Positions 28,460-42,669 of a DNA stretch of 64,000 nucleotides are shown here, in pieces. Position 1 is the first letter of the stretch; every line of letters starts with the position of its first letter. Made by a program: the position numbers and the translations under genes. This DNA is from Eledone cirrhosa (Eukaryota), in the NCBI GenBank assembly GCA_964016885.1, contig OZ024740.1, forward strand, positions 154,442,001-154,506,000, written 5' to 3'. The notes under the pieces are model-generated. The model did not search any database. It saw nothing but the letters and a program-made list of their open reading frames with translations, and had not been told where the DNA came from.

Positions 28460-28644
28460 CAATTGGCACAATCGGTAGAGGAGTCGGACGCCGTTCTTTG
28501 CAGCATAGATTTATGGCCCTTTATGTTCTGAGTTCAAATCCCGCTGAGGTTAACTTTGTCTTTCATCCTTACGGGGTCGATAAAATAAAGTACCAGTAAT
28601 GTACTGGTTAATTGCTGGCCTGGTGCCAAAAGTAGAAACAATTA
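28460..28644 (+). mobile_element. SINE family 1
   Basis: Matches 12158-12347. Confidence 0.9.
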
Positions 28645-29009
28645 TATATATAATAATTCCATGTCCCCAAGCGCGCGAGGATAGATGGAATTATTCGGTT
28701 TGTTGCCCAAGTGCACAGTTAGCCCACCGAGTGTGAGAAACCCCTAGTTCTTGTTAGGTCATCATTCTAGAAGAAAACTCCGATGGCAGCCAGTGATCTT
28801 GACCAGTGGATATCTGTGACCGAGGTTCGCAGAATGGGGTTGGTCCAGTGCAAGGCCTGTCTTCATTTAAATAAAAGCTTCAAGCACAGACATCATTTGA
28901 TCTAAATATGCATTATAATAAATGTTCGGTGAATCCATACGTACATATATATATGTGTACATGTATGTATATATATATACATACTACTGTACGTCTGTAT
29001 ACATATATG

Positions 29010-29974
29010 AACCAGCTAGAATGCCGAGCCCTCAACACCTGCCATTCCCATACCTTCTTCACCCGATATGTAGATGACATAGTCATCCTTACATCATCCG
29101 TGAGGAGGCAGATAAAATATACACAACATTCTCCAGCATGGACGCCAGTATAAAGTTCAGCATGGAACACCCCGATAACCGCGGATCCCTATCCCTACTG
29201 GACTTCCAACTCAGGGTAACAGTGGAAGGCAACATCCACATCTGCTTCTATTAAAAAGCCGCCAGCAGGGACCTGTTCGTACATTTCAGATCGGCCCTCC
29301 CAGCCGGCGCTAATTTCGGATATATAAGGAACGAACTAACACGTATCCAGAACAAATGCACCGACGCTAGAGACCTAGACACACACACCACACATTTCCT
29401 GGAAGTACTCAAACTGAACGGACACACGACATCCACCACAAACCGTGTCAGAAAGAACAGAGGACACCACACCCGAGGCACTAACACTTGCTTCCTGAAG
29501 CTCCCACACTTCAGTGACGAAACAACAACAGCCATCCGCAGAGCTATCAGACGAGAGGGACTAGATATCCAACTGGCCCACTCAGGTACTTCTCTACGCG
29601 GATAGCTAACCAAAAGACACCCCACCAGACATGACAACCGCTGCAGGCTAGCCAACTGCCCCATCAACGACACAGACCTATGCCACCAGGCTTACGTCGT
29701 ATACAGACTAGAGTGTGACAAATGCAGCAACTTCTACGTAGGTAGCACCACCAGACCACTCCACATAAGAATAAAAGAACACCTCAATACTAACGCTTCC
29801 TCATTTAAGAAACACCTAGTTAAATGCAAAAACACCGACAAAACCATAACAGTTAGGATAGAAATTACGGAAAGAAACCTCGGCAATCTTAGAATTAAGG
29901 AAGCACTAATTATAGACAAAGCACAACCACCAATCAATAATAGATTAGAACTCAACACCCAATGTATAACTTGA
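29010..29974 (+). pseudogene. 5'-truncated Penelope-like RT + GIY-YIG ORF with frameshift and stops
   Basis: FTRYVDDIVIL, IKFSMEHP...LSLLD, VHFRSALP, LKLNG, CRLANCPINDTDLC, VVYRLECDKCSNFYVGSTTRPLHIRIKEH, LRIKEALII...PPINNRLE. Not reported by the ORF track because it is interrupted. Confidence 0.92.
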
Positions 29975-30385
29975 TAGAGCTTCTAGCCCCATATTTACAC
30001 CACCACCCCCACATACACACACGCACACACACACGCGCACACACACGCGCACACACACACACACGCTTACACCTCCACTTATTCTCTCTCACACACACAC
30101 ATACACACACAAAGACCAGTTCTAACACGAGATAACATCTATCCCCCACATTTACGTATAGACATATCTTCTCACTCACACACACACTCACATACTTACA
30201 CCTTCATGCATTCTCCCACACACTTAAACAGGCATGTACAAAAAAAACTTTTAAAGGGAGACTACTCTTCATCCACCTAACCTTAACTCTTTGACATTAG
30301 AGATAGAACTGATACTAGATACCATTTCCTGTCAGCATGACTTGGCAAGCTATTTAGAACACTGGTTTAACTGCTTTACTTCCCT

Positions 30386-30415
30386 CCGAAGAAGAGATAT
30401 TATCTCGAAAATTAA
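30386..30415 (+). ncRNA. Degenerate minimal HHR at the 3' end of the 29010 PLE
   Basis: CCGAAGA-a-gagata-t-tatctc-GAAA, followed by AATAAA. Confidence 0.55.
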
Positions 30416-30461
30416 GGACATTTAAATAAATCTAAGGTAAAAGACTAATTGTCAACAATAT

Positions 30462-31027
<566 letters not shown>

Positions 31028-31646
31028 AGTTTATGGTTCGGATTAGGGTCCGTTTAATAGTTAGGATTAGGAATAGTTTGGGAGTTATATTTAAGGTTAA
31101 GGTTAGTGTTATACATCTAAATATACTAGAAATACAACCTTTATTTATTGCTGTTATAATCAATATCTGTATAAGACAAATGACACTTTAATAGGGCAAA
31201 GTTTCGTACGTTATATGCACAATCATCTTTCGGGGAAGTGTCGCCTTATAAACCAACATATCTTATTCACAATAGCATGTTGTTATACGTATCTTATTTT
31301 AGGGGAAAGACAAATAAACAGAATTTTCTAACAAATTATCTCAACTTTTCTTTGTGTGTCACTGAAAATTGCCACTAGGTTATTGCTTTTTTTTTGTTTT
31401 TGTTTTTTGTCTAACTAAGAGAAATACGGCATTCAATAAATAACCGGCTTCATTAATCATATATATGTATGTTGCCTGTTTTTTTTGTTTTGTTTTTTTA
31501 TGTTATTTTTGACCGACTGCCTTCCTGGTGGCAGAGTTGTAAAGGAAAAAAAATGTTGTCGTCTCTTGTGCAATCGCTCATCCTTGAATCGTAAGAATGT
31601 TTTGAATGCATGTATAACTATTTACATTTATATGGATATGTATGTG

Positions 31647-31682
<36 letters not shown>

Positions 31683-31689
31683 CGTATGA

Positions 31690-31740
<51 letters not shown>

Positions 31741-32016
31741 GAGGGTGTATGCATGTGTGCATGTATACAAACCGTAAACAGAAACAACAAAACACACAAC
31801 ACAGTAAAATGAAGAAATATATCAGTTAATGTTTGATATAGACTCTTAACCTTTCGGACACTAGTCCTTCATCAGATGATAGAATGAGTAATAAAAGATG
31901 ATATAGGAAGATATAGAAACATTTTTGAGAAAAAGCATGAGTGTATTCAGTCATCCATATGTGTGTGTGTGTGCGTGCGTGTGTGTGTGTATCAAATTTA
32001 ATATAGAAATGTTTTC

Positions 32017-32206
32017 TACAAGACTAGAACTGTTTCATTCGAAGGAAATCATCAGGGCTTTCCTGATGATTTCCTTCGAATGGAAGAGTTCTAGTCCTGT
32101 AAAAGCCATTTCTATATCAAATGTTATGTTTACACTTCTGCAAACGTATTGAGTACCTTAGTTATTGTGGTTACCCCCCCCCCCCCCCCGATTTAACCTG
32201 GGACTC
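32017..32206 (+). mobile_element. Fold-back PLE end with type I HHR (single copy at 37629-37758)
   Basis: Arms ~32017-32055/32062-32120. Consensus with 37630 is CTGATGA-attc cttc gaat-GAAA-cggt..actg-TC-gaagcc. Confidence 0.8.
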
Positions 32207-32929
32207 ATATATATATATACTTTATCTATATATCTTGTCTCCTCCTATTTCATCTTTTATGATCATCCCGCTTTTCTGTGTGTCTTTTGTGATATTTTCT
32301 ATTGGTGGTTGCTGTATTACTGGCAGGGGGGTTTAAACGTTTTCAGCATTAAGAAAGCAAAGATTCATTATTACAAAGGATTACATCTGCTAGGCTTTCA
32401 GCAACTTCCAATAATTATTTCCCACTCAATCCATCATTCTTCTAAAAGAGTAAATTCGAGAATGAGGGATCAACGAAAATAAACAAAAAAGAAGTTCTGT
32501 GAATGCTAAAGAAAAAAATGCTAAATAATAACATAGTAAAAATAAAAATAGAAATGGCGAAAATAATTTATGATAAACAATAAAATACAAAATATATCTC
32601 CCAAAATCTTTAAAAAAACAAAAGGTAAACAATAAGGTCCTAAACAAACAAGAGAAAACATTAAAGAAAGTAAGAATTTCCAAGGAATTTTGAAAGTAAA
32701 TGACAAATCATAAAGTCAGTAAATCAAAACAATAAGAAACTCTGTGAAATATACACTGCGGTATAGAGGAGTAGAAATATAACCAGTGAGTGGTGGACAT
32801 GCTTACAAACACATACAAATGGGACGTATAACATTTAAAGTGACAACATGACAAAATATTATATGTATATATATATATTTATACAGGGTGTCACAAAAGT
32901 CAATGTGTATATATATATATATTAATAAT

Positions 32930-34553
32930 AATAAAATTGAAGACTAAAATCCAAAGAGGGCTCGATAAGGAAAATATATATCAAATATATAAGAACCGTA
33001 GAGCAAATATTTATTAAAATAACAGATTAAAGTTTAAGCAAAGAATCGCTGCTTTCACCCTTAACGGGATCTTCTGAAATTAACAAAGTCAATCTGTAAA
33101 CGCAGAACTGGATATTTCAAAAAAACGTTGCAACCGGAGGAAGACAGGAAGACGATACTTTGGTTCGTGGTAACGTTCGCTGGCAAAGAACGGGAAAAAA
33201 CGAATAATACGTCATTAATAGGAGCGGTGAAAAACAATTACGCGCAAAGACAAAACCACGTTTATGGTATAAAAGAGGTCGTAGACTAATGTTCTCTTAG
33301 GTGGTGCATAGAGACGTTCTCTGGCAATGAACGAAAAAACGAAGATAATAAGTCATATGTGGAGCGTGGAGAACAATAGCACGCAAAGACAAAACCACGT
33401 AAATGGTATAGCAGAAATCGTAGACTAAAATTCTAACTAGGAGACCAAATGAATCTCCGCTACAGAGTTAAGAACAACGTAAATAAATACAATACAGAGA
33501 TAATAGAAACAAATTTATACATACACGCAAACAGATACGTACATACACAAGCATACGCAAAACCTTACCATGGGTATACAAAACCACGCACATATAAATA
33601 TGTGTGTGTGTATGCTTGTGTACAAATAAATAAATAATTATATAAACGTATATAAGTAAATAAATACGTATATAACAAGCGCACACGCATACCTACATAT
33701 AAATGCACGAATGTTCGGAGACGTAAGTCAACTTAAACAAGAAGTACACATATACACACACCCACCATACGTACGAACCTGCACACTCACGCGGACGCAA
33801 AACTCCCGTATACACATAGCCAAACCCTAAATACCAGAATATGTAAAAATTATACGCTATAACAGTCAAATATACGTACGAGAAGGTATACATACCTTCA
33901 CAAAACATACGGGTAATATATACTTACCTATGCATATAAGTAAAGGAATAAACAAAACATATACTTAGCTCCCACATCAAGACGTAAAATATCCACGTAT
34001 AGATCGTGCTATCCGTTAGGGTATAACGTGGGGCTGTAATACAGGAAAGTTTTGTGCAATTTATGTTTACAAGCCGAAATTGCCTCAGATTTTTTGTTTA
34101 AGATGTGGTCTGTAGCGTAGAGTATTTCCAGGGCCTCAGCGGCGCAGAGGTCACATGGTCTTTTATTTCCGTTATACGATCTAGCCCTAGCTAGGATCTC
34201 CCAGTGTAACTTATATTGGGTGTGGTTGTCTTTTAGACTCCAGATATAAGCTGAAAGTGACGTCATATTCCTTCTTAGAGGGTAACGAAAAGAATGGGTA
34301 TGCATGTAAAGACGCTGCTTGAAACTATTGGCGGTTAACCCTATGTAGGCCCTACGGGACGTGGGTGTTACAACCTTACATTTGTAGACAATGTTATTAG
34401 AGAGGCATTTCCCGGATAGGGGGCAATCAGCCCGATTCCTACAATTACAGTTAGTACTAACTACAGGGTTGCACGTGTTCCTACGGCTAGGTTAGCGGAG
34501 ATTCATTTGGTCTCCTAGTTAGAATTTTAGTCTACGATTTCTGCTATACCATT
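32930..34553 (-). mobile_element. 5'-truncated Penelope-like element with inverted 5' segment
   Basis: GIY-YIG remnant at 34009-34491, 3' UTR, pLTR shared with 59150-59605 and 22104-22180. 34494-34553 is the reverse complement of ~33399-33459. Confidence 0.88.
34009..34491 (-). pseudogene. GIY-YIG endonuclease domain of a PLE (Hydra-type motif pattern)
   Basis: Stop-free: CNCRNRADCPLSGKCLSNNIVYKCKV...AYIGLTANSFKQRLYMHTHSF...CDLCAAE...LNKKSE...CKH. Homologous to 3..911. Confidence 0.9.
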
Positions 34554-34574
34554 TAAGTTATATATATATATATA

Positions 34575-35180
34575 AATGGGTTACATATGAATAAATTTAG
34601 TCCTTCATCAGTGATCTTCCAACCTTCATTGGTATTTCATCGCTTTAAAGACCATATACCTCTGGTTGGTGCGAGCAACGGCTAAAGAAAGTCGTTGTGA
34701 CACGTAAATCGGGAGAACGAGCGAGATATTAAACAAACAAAGATGGTAATGCAACGAAAAGTGAGGAAGAAGGAGTCAAGTCCCTGAAATCGATGAACAT
34801 AAGTTCTGTGAAATCGTGGACGAGAGAGAATAAAGAGCATCAAACCTTGTCGAAATGTGAGTAAAGAAAGAATTTCGCACAGGTGAAACGGGAGGAAGAA
34901 GGAGTCAAGTCCCTGAAATCGATGAACATAAGTTCTGTGAAATCGTAGACGAGAGAGAATAAAGACCATCCGACCTGGTCGAAGTGTGAGTGAGGAAAGA
35001 ATCTTGCATAAGTCAAACGGGAGGAAGTAGGAGAGGGAGTAGCAGAGAGTGGGTGAGTGAAAGTGTGACGAAGAGGCTAACAGAGAGAGTGACTGGTAGA
35101 GAGGGTAAAAGGAAGTGAGAGATACAGAGAAAAGGCGAAGCAGTAAGAAAGAAACAGGCGGGTCACAGCGGAGGAAAATA
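34575..35180 (-). mobile_element. Non-coding 3' region of the permuted-hammerhead element, with a 129-bp tandem duplication
   Basis: Homologous to 7277-7700; GAGGAAG.. recurs at 34763, 34892 and 35021. Confidence 0.75.
34600..34701 (-). ncRNA. Non-circularly permuted hammerhead candidate, copy 4
   Basis: Same layout. Stem I TGGTCTT/AAGATCA, core-proximal pair A-T, intact CTGATGA and GAAA, triplet ends at 34655. Confidence 0.78.
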
Positions 35181-35408
35181 TATATGAGAAATATATATAT
35201 ATGTAAGTATGTATACGTACATACATATATGTATACAGACGTACAGTAGTATGTATATATATATATACATGCACACATGTATATATGTACGTATGGATTT
35301 ACCGAACATTTATTATAATGCTCGGTTTCTCTGTAAACAAACATCCCAAATTAAGCCGTACAGTGTTTAGCAACCATCGTTTCACTTTTGTTCAACACTG
35401 ACAAAGGA

Positions 35409-35451
35409 ACGATGTACTAGTTTCAAGCTTATTAGCTATCGTCAGCACCGT
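35409..35451 (-). ncRNA. Intact minimal type I hammerhead
   Basis: Minus strand: ACGGTG CTGACGA T AGCT AATA AGCT T GAAA CTAG TA CATCGT. 6-bp stem I, palindromic stem III, GUA triplet. Confidence 0.85.
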
Positions 35452-35629
35452 ATACCTTCCTGCCAGATGATTGAACGTCTGAAAGTATATACTTTCCTTA
35501 TGCATATTAACGGCTGAGCAGCCTAATTTGCATATCGAGTGAGTTAATCGGCCGGGTGCACCGAAAACGATAAATAGAAAAAAATGAAATGAAATGAAAT
35601 TTCTCACTCACTCTTATAAATAGAGACAT

Positions 35630-36011
35630 ACCCATGAAAATCATACCTTATCGGTTGGAAATTCACTGTGTAGGAAGTTCGGTGAAATACTGGTGTTGGT
35701 ACCAAATCAAGCACTCTATGCACAGACAGTGTGTATGTAATAGAAAAACGAGGAAGTTTCGTTTACATATAAAAAATATTTTTGTGTATCGACCTGTTAC
35801 GTGCGTTTCTCAGAGGATTGGCTCAAGGTGTCCCATAGGAGTTATATCTTTTGTCCAATCACCAATCTGAGGAGCAGATCGATACTGGAGTCGGGTCCAT
35901 AACTCCTATGGGTCACCTTGAACCAATCCTCTGAGAAACGCACGTAACAGGTCGATACGCAATAAATATTTTTTATATGTAAACGAAACGTCGTTTTTTT
36001 TTTTGTTACAT
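35630..36011. mobile_element. Fold-back element with ~113-bp arms and left-side tail
   Basis: 35733-35847 is inverted at 35899-36011; ends at (TA)n. Confidence 0.8.
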
Positions 36012-36662
36012 ATATATATATATATATAATTATATATATATATATATATATTAGTATTGGTGCTCTGAAATAGCGATGTATACATGTTTAATCCCCTCCT
36101 GATTATTACTGGAATTCTATAAGAATCCAGCCTCTATAATTCTTGGCAAAGGCAACTGAGTGTGTGGTCATGATAAACGCTCACAAGCGAGAAACAGACT
36201 GTCTGTCGGCCGCTCTCTGTTGTTTTTGCCGAGAGTAAGTAAGTGACATAGTCACTACTTTAAAACTCATAGCGAATGGTCTTCTAAATGTTCTTAATTA
36301 AACATACAGTATATTGCCAAATATACTGTACATACATACATTCATATATATATAGAGAGAGATAGATAGATAGAGACAGAGAGAGAGGGGGGTGAGAGAG
36401 AGAGATCAAACTGCTGAAGCTCACAGAATGGTAAAGAACAGCAATCAAGGAAGAAATGGTGTGCTAGAAAAGACCCTCCTCTCGCATGCATATAAAAAAC
36501 GAAAGTGTTGTTATTGATGATGATGGTGATATGTATACACATATATATACATACACACAATACACACGTACACATATATATATGTGTGTGTCTGTGTGTG
36601 TGTATGATGGTCTCTCTCGGCGATTTCGAGGTATGAGTGTCTGAACAACCTACTCTGTTCAT

Positions 36663-37110
36663 TCAGTTTGGACGTTTATATCGGGTATGACATTTTAGAC
36701 TTGCTAAAGATTTACAAGCAAGTCCACAGATCATGCAAAGGTGGGAATTACTAGATAATGTTGCTGATATATTTGATAATGCTTTTCTCCTTCCTCCTGT
36801 GGATACAACTAAATTTTCTGATCCGATTATGACACACAGATCTCCAGTTCTTCTACTGCAAAGACATTTGCTGAAATGTCTCATGAGGTATAATGGTTGC
36901 TAAAGATTCAGTTTTGAAATTGTTTGCTTAAACTTTTAATCTGTGCTAATAATAAATATTTATTTTGGTGCACCCTTGACTTCGTTCCTGCTTACCTGTA
37001 TTTCTATATAATATACGATATGTTTGGCGTTGAAAAACTGTCCGGTCATCATAGTAAAATGTAATTGTCAGGAATACAACGGACACGTCATTTGATTCCC
37101 GTAAGCGATT
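36663..37110 (-). pseudogene. 3' fragment of an RTE-clade LINE ORF
   Basis: C-terminal CMICGLACKSLASLKCHTR matches the RTE-type CxxCGRxCxSxxGLxSHxR finger; upstream decayed RQGAPK..FK. Confidence 0.65.
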
Positions 37111-37183
37111 GTGTCATATATTACTAGTCATATCGCAGTGTAAACTACATCATTGAAGTTTAAGTTCACTTGAAACTTAACCA

Positions 37184-37278
<95 letters not shown>

Positions 37279-38638
37279 GAGTAAGTGTATATAGATACCC
37301 TGTGCCACAATTTATTAGTGCGCCATATTTATATATATATATAATTTTAAAAACCATACAATGCATTAGAAAATTAAAGGTGACAAGATAACGATAGAAT
37401 CTTAACTTACTAAATTTAACTATCCGAAATATTTTCAGGTTTAAAAACTCATTATCAAGGGAGGATCCCTCTCAGCATCTTAAAAGATCGGTCGGAGATG
37501 ACTTGTTGCTAGGAAGACAGAATTTAATTTAAATGTAATGAAAAGACAAAATTTCGTGCGTGCGCGTTGTGAAATATGTTTGAGAAAAAGTGTTTGATAT
37601 ATACATGTGTGTGCGTGAATGTATGTGTGCTGGTGAATTCCTTCGAATGAAACGGTTCTAGCACTGTCGAAGCCATTTCTATATTAAATGTTGTTGTATA
37701 TACTCTACTAATGTATTGAGAACCTTACTGTCGTTACCCCCGATTGAACCCGGAACTCACACACACACACACAAACATACACATATAAATATATGTATAT
37801 ATGTATATATGTATGTGTATATGTATATGTATGTGTTTATGTATATGTATATGTATATGTATGTGTTTATGTATATGTATATGTATGTGTATATATGTAT
37901 GTGTATATATGTATGTGTATATATATATATGTATATGTATGTGTATATGTATGTGTATGTGTATATGTATATGTATGTGTATATGTGTATGTGTATATGT
38001 ATATGTATGTGTATATGTATATACACATATATATCATAACGTAAGTTGCTTTTAAATTATTTTTAATGATTATTTCGCTTTTTTTTTTAGACCACGTCAA
38101 GTTTTTACAAGCATAAAAGGCTATAAAAAATCTCCATTCTGCTGTAACCTCAATTTCCGGTTTTCTTTTACCGGTTTGCGTAATTAGTAAATTATTTTAC
38201 GACTTATTCTCACATCCCTGCCCCGTTGGTAATGGCAAAACACCAGTTAGTTTACAGGTGTGTTTGCTACATTCAGAGAAGAAAACATATATGATATATG
38301 CATTATAATATATATGTGTGTGTGTTTGTGTATATATACATACATACATATATATATTTAAAATTCTATGTGTACCTGTTATGACTTAGTTGCTTGTCTT
38401 TTACTCCACGGACAGCGTTTTGGCTTGTTTCAGACGCTGTGACCCCGTGTGGCCCAGAAGTACCGTCGGTAGGAGTCGAAACTGCCATAAAGTTCATCTC
38501 GACGGCTAAAGACCTAGGGGTTCTGTGTCTTTCGTTTGTATTTTTCTTTTAAAAAAAAAATACTTTTAAGGTTTCCCTTTTTTTTCGTTTTGCCTTGTTT
38601 TCGTTCGTTGTCCTCTTTTTTGTTTATTTTCTTCATTT

Positions 38639-38693
<55 letters not shown>

Positions 38694-39537
38694 CAAAAGA
38701 TGGTAAAAAGAGTTCCATGTATTTTATTATCTCATCAGATAAAATAAGGAGACATGATATGAAGCTTAAAAAAACACTTGCGAGCAGTGAAGTGTTAAAT
38801 GAACATATGAAAAATAAAATAAGATGGATATATGAGATTGGAAAAAAAGAAAGGAAGGGGGAAAGAAAAGGTAAGGAAGAGGAAGAAAAAATATAATAAT
38901 AAGGAAAGGATGAGAGTGGAGGAGAAAATGAGTGAGAGAGAGAGATAACCTTTAATACTGAGAAACACTGTCTCACAGAGAAAAAAAAAAAAAACCGTTG
39001 TAAGATAATACATAATTTTTAAAAATTAAGAAATTAAAAGTTAATGAGGTTTATGAATGGTGATCCTTATGATTAAAGAAAAAGGAATTAAGAATACTAT
39101 TTATTTAAGGTTTATATATTGAAGGGTTTAATAAGATGTGCGAAAAGGAATTTATTAAAATGTATTATTAAAATAAAATAAAATATATTAAGAAGATAAG
39201 GTGAATGAAGATAAGGTTAAATGAATTATGAACTTAGAGGAATTAATTAGGGTCCAAGTTTGTTTCTATATATTGTAATAGGAAAAAGTAAATAATAGAT
39301 TTAATACGAGCATGGAAGGAGAGAAGAAAGAAAAAATTCAAGGAAGAAAAAATATATAACGTCAAAAAAATATGTTTACATATCCGATATTTGCATTGCT
39401 TTATTGTGCTACAATAAAACTCACCTCCTACATTATATATATATATATATACACATTTTAGTACAGCATTAACGAAGCTTTAGGCTGCGGCTAAGCTAAT
39501 GAATGCAGATTCGGAATGTAGCTTTAGCACTCGATGG

Positions 39538-39593
<56 letters not shown>

Positions 39594-39631
39594 CTAAATC
39601 TAAAATATATATATATAAATCCTTCGAATTA

Positions 39632-41001
39632 CACCGTGTAATAAACATTTTTTTTCTCTGTTCCTGGCTTGTAATCACTTTTTTTGTGTTGCTTAGGTCC
39701 CAAATAAATAAATAAAAAAAGTGCTATTAAACAGTTAAAAATTTGGTTTTGTAAAAATTCTAAGCTATTCACTAGAATTATTTGTATGTTGGATTTTACG
39801 TTGTATGTAAGTTTAATTTGCTTATGTTAAATGATTTTTTTTATATATGTTTCAGGTTAAATTAAAATTATAAAATAAAGAGTAATACCTAAAGAAAATT
39901 ATAAAAGTGCAATAAAGTATAAAATTGTTAAAAAGTGGATTAAAGAGATTTATTGATACTGGATTTTCGCACCCTGAATAAAGGGTAAGTTGTGTTTTAA
40001 GCATTCGTCTCCAGGATGAAGCAGTGGAACTTGGTCAAGGAGGAAGTGCAGGTGAAGTGCAGAGAAGTCGACACGAACCTTTCTCAGGCTTTTTTACACT
40101 CGTAGGGATGGCCTCTGCTTCTGCCATGACGTTGGGACCCGGAACGTCATGTGGGAACCACTGGTTGATCCCAGGATTGTGCTCATGCCGCCACTGCACA
40201 TTAAGTTGGGGTTGATGAAGCAGTTTGTGAAGGCTCTCAACCAAGAATCAGCTGCTTTTAAGTACCTTCTTGAGTTCTTCCCCAAGTTATCTGAGGCCAA
40301 AATCAAAGGCGGAATTTTTGTTGGACCTCAGATAAAGAAGGTGTTTGAGTCTACCGAGTTCTCCAATAAGCTCAAAAGGATTGAGAGAACAGCATGGAAC
40401 TGTTTCAAGGCAGTTGTTAAGGGCTTCCTGGGCAACTACAGAGCTGAAAACTACCAGCAACTGGTGCAGGATCTGATAAAGGCTTTTGACGCCATGGGAT
40501 GCAGGATGTCGCTTAAACTCCATATGCTTGACGCTCACCTGAAAACATTCAAGGACAATATGGACGCCTACTCAGAAGAACAAGGCGAACGATTCCACCA
40601 AGATGTGAAAGAGATAGAGAGGAGGTACCAGAGCCACTACAATGAAAAAATGATGGGGGACTATATCTGAGGGCTAGTGCGGGAATGCGACCTGGACTAC
40701 AACCGCAAATCCAGTCATTTCTGACGTGTATAAGTTGCTTTATAAGTGTTATTTGTTTTTACTTGTTTGCTTTTGATAAGCTTGTGTAATAAAATAAATA
40801 TATACTCTGTTGATTTAATTATATGAACTGATATTTTTTTTTAAATGTGTTTTTTCTTGAAAAATATGAAAATTTCGAAATATCAAACTCCTGACTACAA
40901 ACCCAAACTGTTTAAATAATAGTATTTTTTTATAATAATGGGATATAATAAACCAGGAAATGTCACCTAGAACCGGGGAACAAAATTATCTTATCGAAGC
41001 G
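39632..41001 (+). mobile_element. Degenerate DNA transposon, Chapaev3/CMC-like
   Basis: Transposase C-terminus inside. The left end CACCGTGTAATAA..TTTT..GTTCCTGG and the region 40890-41001 are loosely inverted to each other. Boundaries are uncertain. Confidence 0.5.
40149..40720 (+). pseudogene. DDE transposase C-terminal fragment (Chapaev3-like)
   Basis: PPLHIKLGLMKQFVKAL, FPKLSEAKIKGGIFVGPQIK, MSLKLHMLDAHL, SEEQGERFHQD..E.RYQ, MMGDYI*; N-terminus absent. Confidence 0.85.
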
Positions 41002-41344
41002 CTGGGAGTGTTTGAATTTTTAAATGTGAGTTCAAACACAGAAAATAACTGTAATATAAATCGATTATAAATAATAGCTAAGAAATTTAGGCAAATTTCC
41101 CTTAAAGTGGGGAGAAAGTTGACTGAGGTAACTGTACCCACTTTCTTTAATCTCTAAAGGTCATTTACCCCACTTTGTCAACTTTTATATTTAGCGATCG
41201 ACTGTTATTACATATTTAATATTATATATGTTCACGATTCCACCGAATTTATATTCATAGACATCTGGGACTTGTTTCTTCTTCATCACTTTCTGTTGCT
41301 TAAACCATTTTGTTTGTTTACCCTAGCGTCCCCCTTATTTACGT

Positions 41345-41445
41345 GTCCCAACGACTTTTTTTAGCCGTTGCTAGCACCAACCTGAGGTATATGGTCTTTA
41401 ATGCGACGAAATGCCTACGACGGTTGGAAGGCCACTGATGAGGAC
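41345..41445 (+). ncRNA. Non-circularly permuted hammerhead candidate, copy 5
   Basis: Same layout. Stem I TGGTCTT/AAGGCCA, stem III GGTAT/ATGCC, core-proximal pair G-C, cleavage predicted after 41391. Confidence 0.78.
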
Positions 41446-41492
41446 AAACTTTTTAATATGTAACCCATTTGCAGCGCCGCAGGTCCATTATT

Positions 41493-41618
<126 letters not shown>

Positions 41619-41689
41619 AACATGAATGGACCTGCTATTTTTATCTAAAGACATTTTTTCCAATTCCAGCCCGCCCATTCCCTCAAACT

Positions 41690-41830
41690 ATCTTATTTCT
41701 CATTATTTCTTCTGATGAAGGACTAGCGTCCGAAGCATTAAGACCCTCTTCCTACTATATCAAGCGTTAACCTAATATATCCCTTCCATATACTGTACCG
41801 ATTGTGTTGTTATTTCTGTTTACCTTTTAC
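41690..41830 (+). mobile_element. PLE pLTR end with minimal HHR
   Basis: CTGATGA-aggactagcgtcc-GAAG; near-identical to 47995-48168. Confidence 0.8.
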
Positions 41831-42034
<204 letters not shown>

Positions 42035-42138
42035 CATATATATATATATATGCAGAGAGAGAGAGAGGGGGGAAAGTATGTGTGTGTGTGTGTGTGTGTG
42101 TGTGTATTTGAATTTCGTAATAAATACCCAACACTACA

Positions 42139-42237
42139 TTTTCCGAATACACGTGTTTCACTGGGATGGTGTATTTAGATCCTCCCAGTGAAACACGTGA
42201 GTTCGGAAAACGCCCTCTTGCTGTAATAAAATACTGT
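42139..42237. mobile_element. Small fold-back PLE end with the 3' half of an HHR
   Basis: Arms 42139-42167/42183-42210; tcccagt-GAAA-CACGTG-TA on the minus arm. Confidence 0.7.
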
Positions 42238-42270
42238 ATACATATATATAAATATGTGTGTGTGTACGTG

Positions 42271-42307
<37 letters not shown>

Positions 42308-42482
42308 TGACGGTAAATATTGGTGCAATACAATTCAAACACTCTACGTACTTTTTCCACATAGGAATAACAGGATATATTGAGAATGAACGGGTGAAGG
42401 CATCAAAGACATCATCTTTGTCCGTTTCCTTGTCGTTTCAGTTTGGATTACCTCGAAAGCGTAACCTTGTTATGTAACGAAG

Positions 42483-42555
42483 CTGTCTGATGAGATCATG
42501 GCACTGGTTGTGCGGAATTACGCAGCCACTGTTGTCATTGACATATGTGTCACAG
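42483..42555 (+). ncRNA. Decayed type I hammerhead
   Basis: CTGT CTGATGA ..ATGGCA...TGTCAT T GACA TATGTG TC ACAG, then AATAAA; GAAA is mutated to GACA. Confidence 0.55.
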
Positions 42556-42631
42556 ACTTATTAATAAAGGACTTTAATATCTGCAACTAGTTCGCATTCT
42601 CTTATTCTCTCTCTCCCACTAGCTTTCTCTC

Positions 42632-42668
<37 letters not shown>

Positions 42669-42669
<1 letters not shown>

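Noticed and set aside
31030-31110. Telomere-like TTAGG(G) repeats
   Set aside because: Short, degenerate and interstitial; more likely part of an interspersed repeat.
39856-39984. Possible exon bounded by TTTCAG and GGTAAGT
   Set aside because: Stops occur in all three frames. At most a non-coding exon of the transposon relic, with no supporting evidence.
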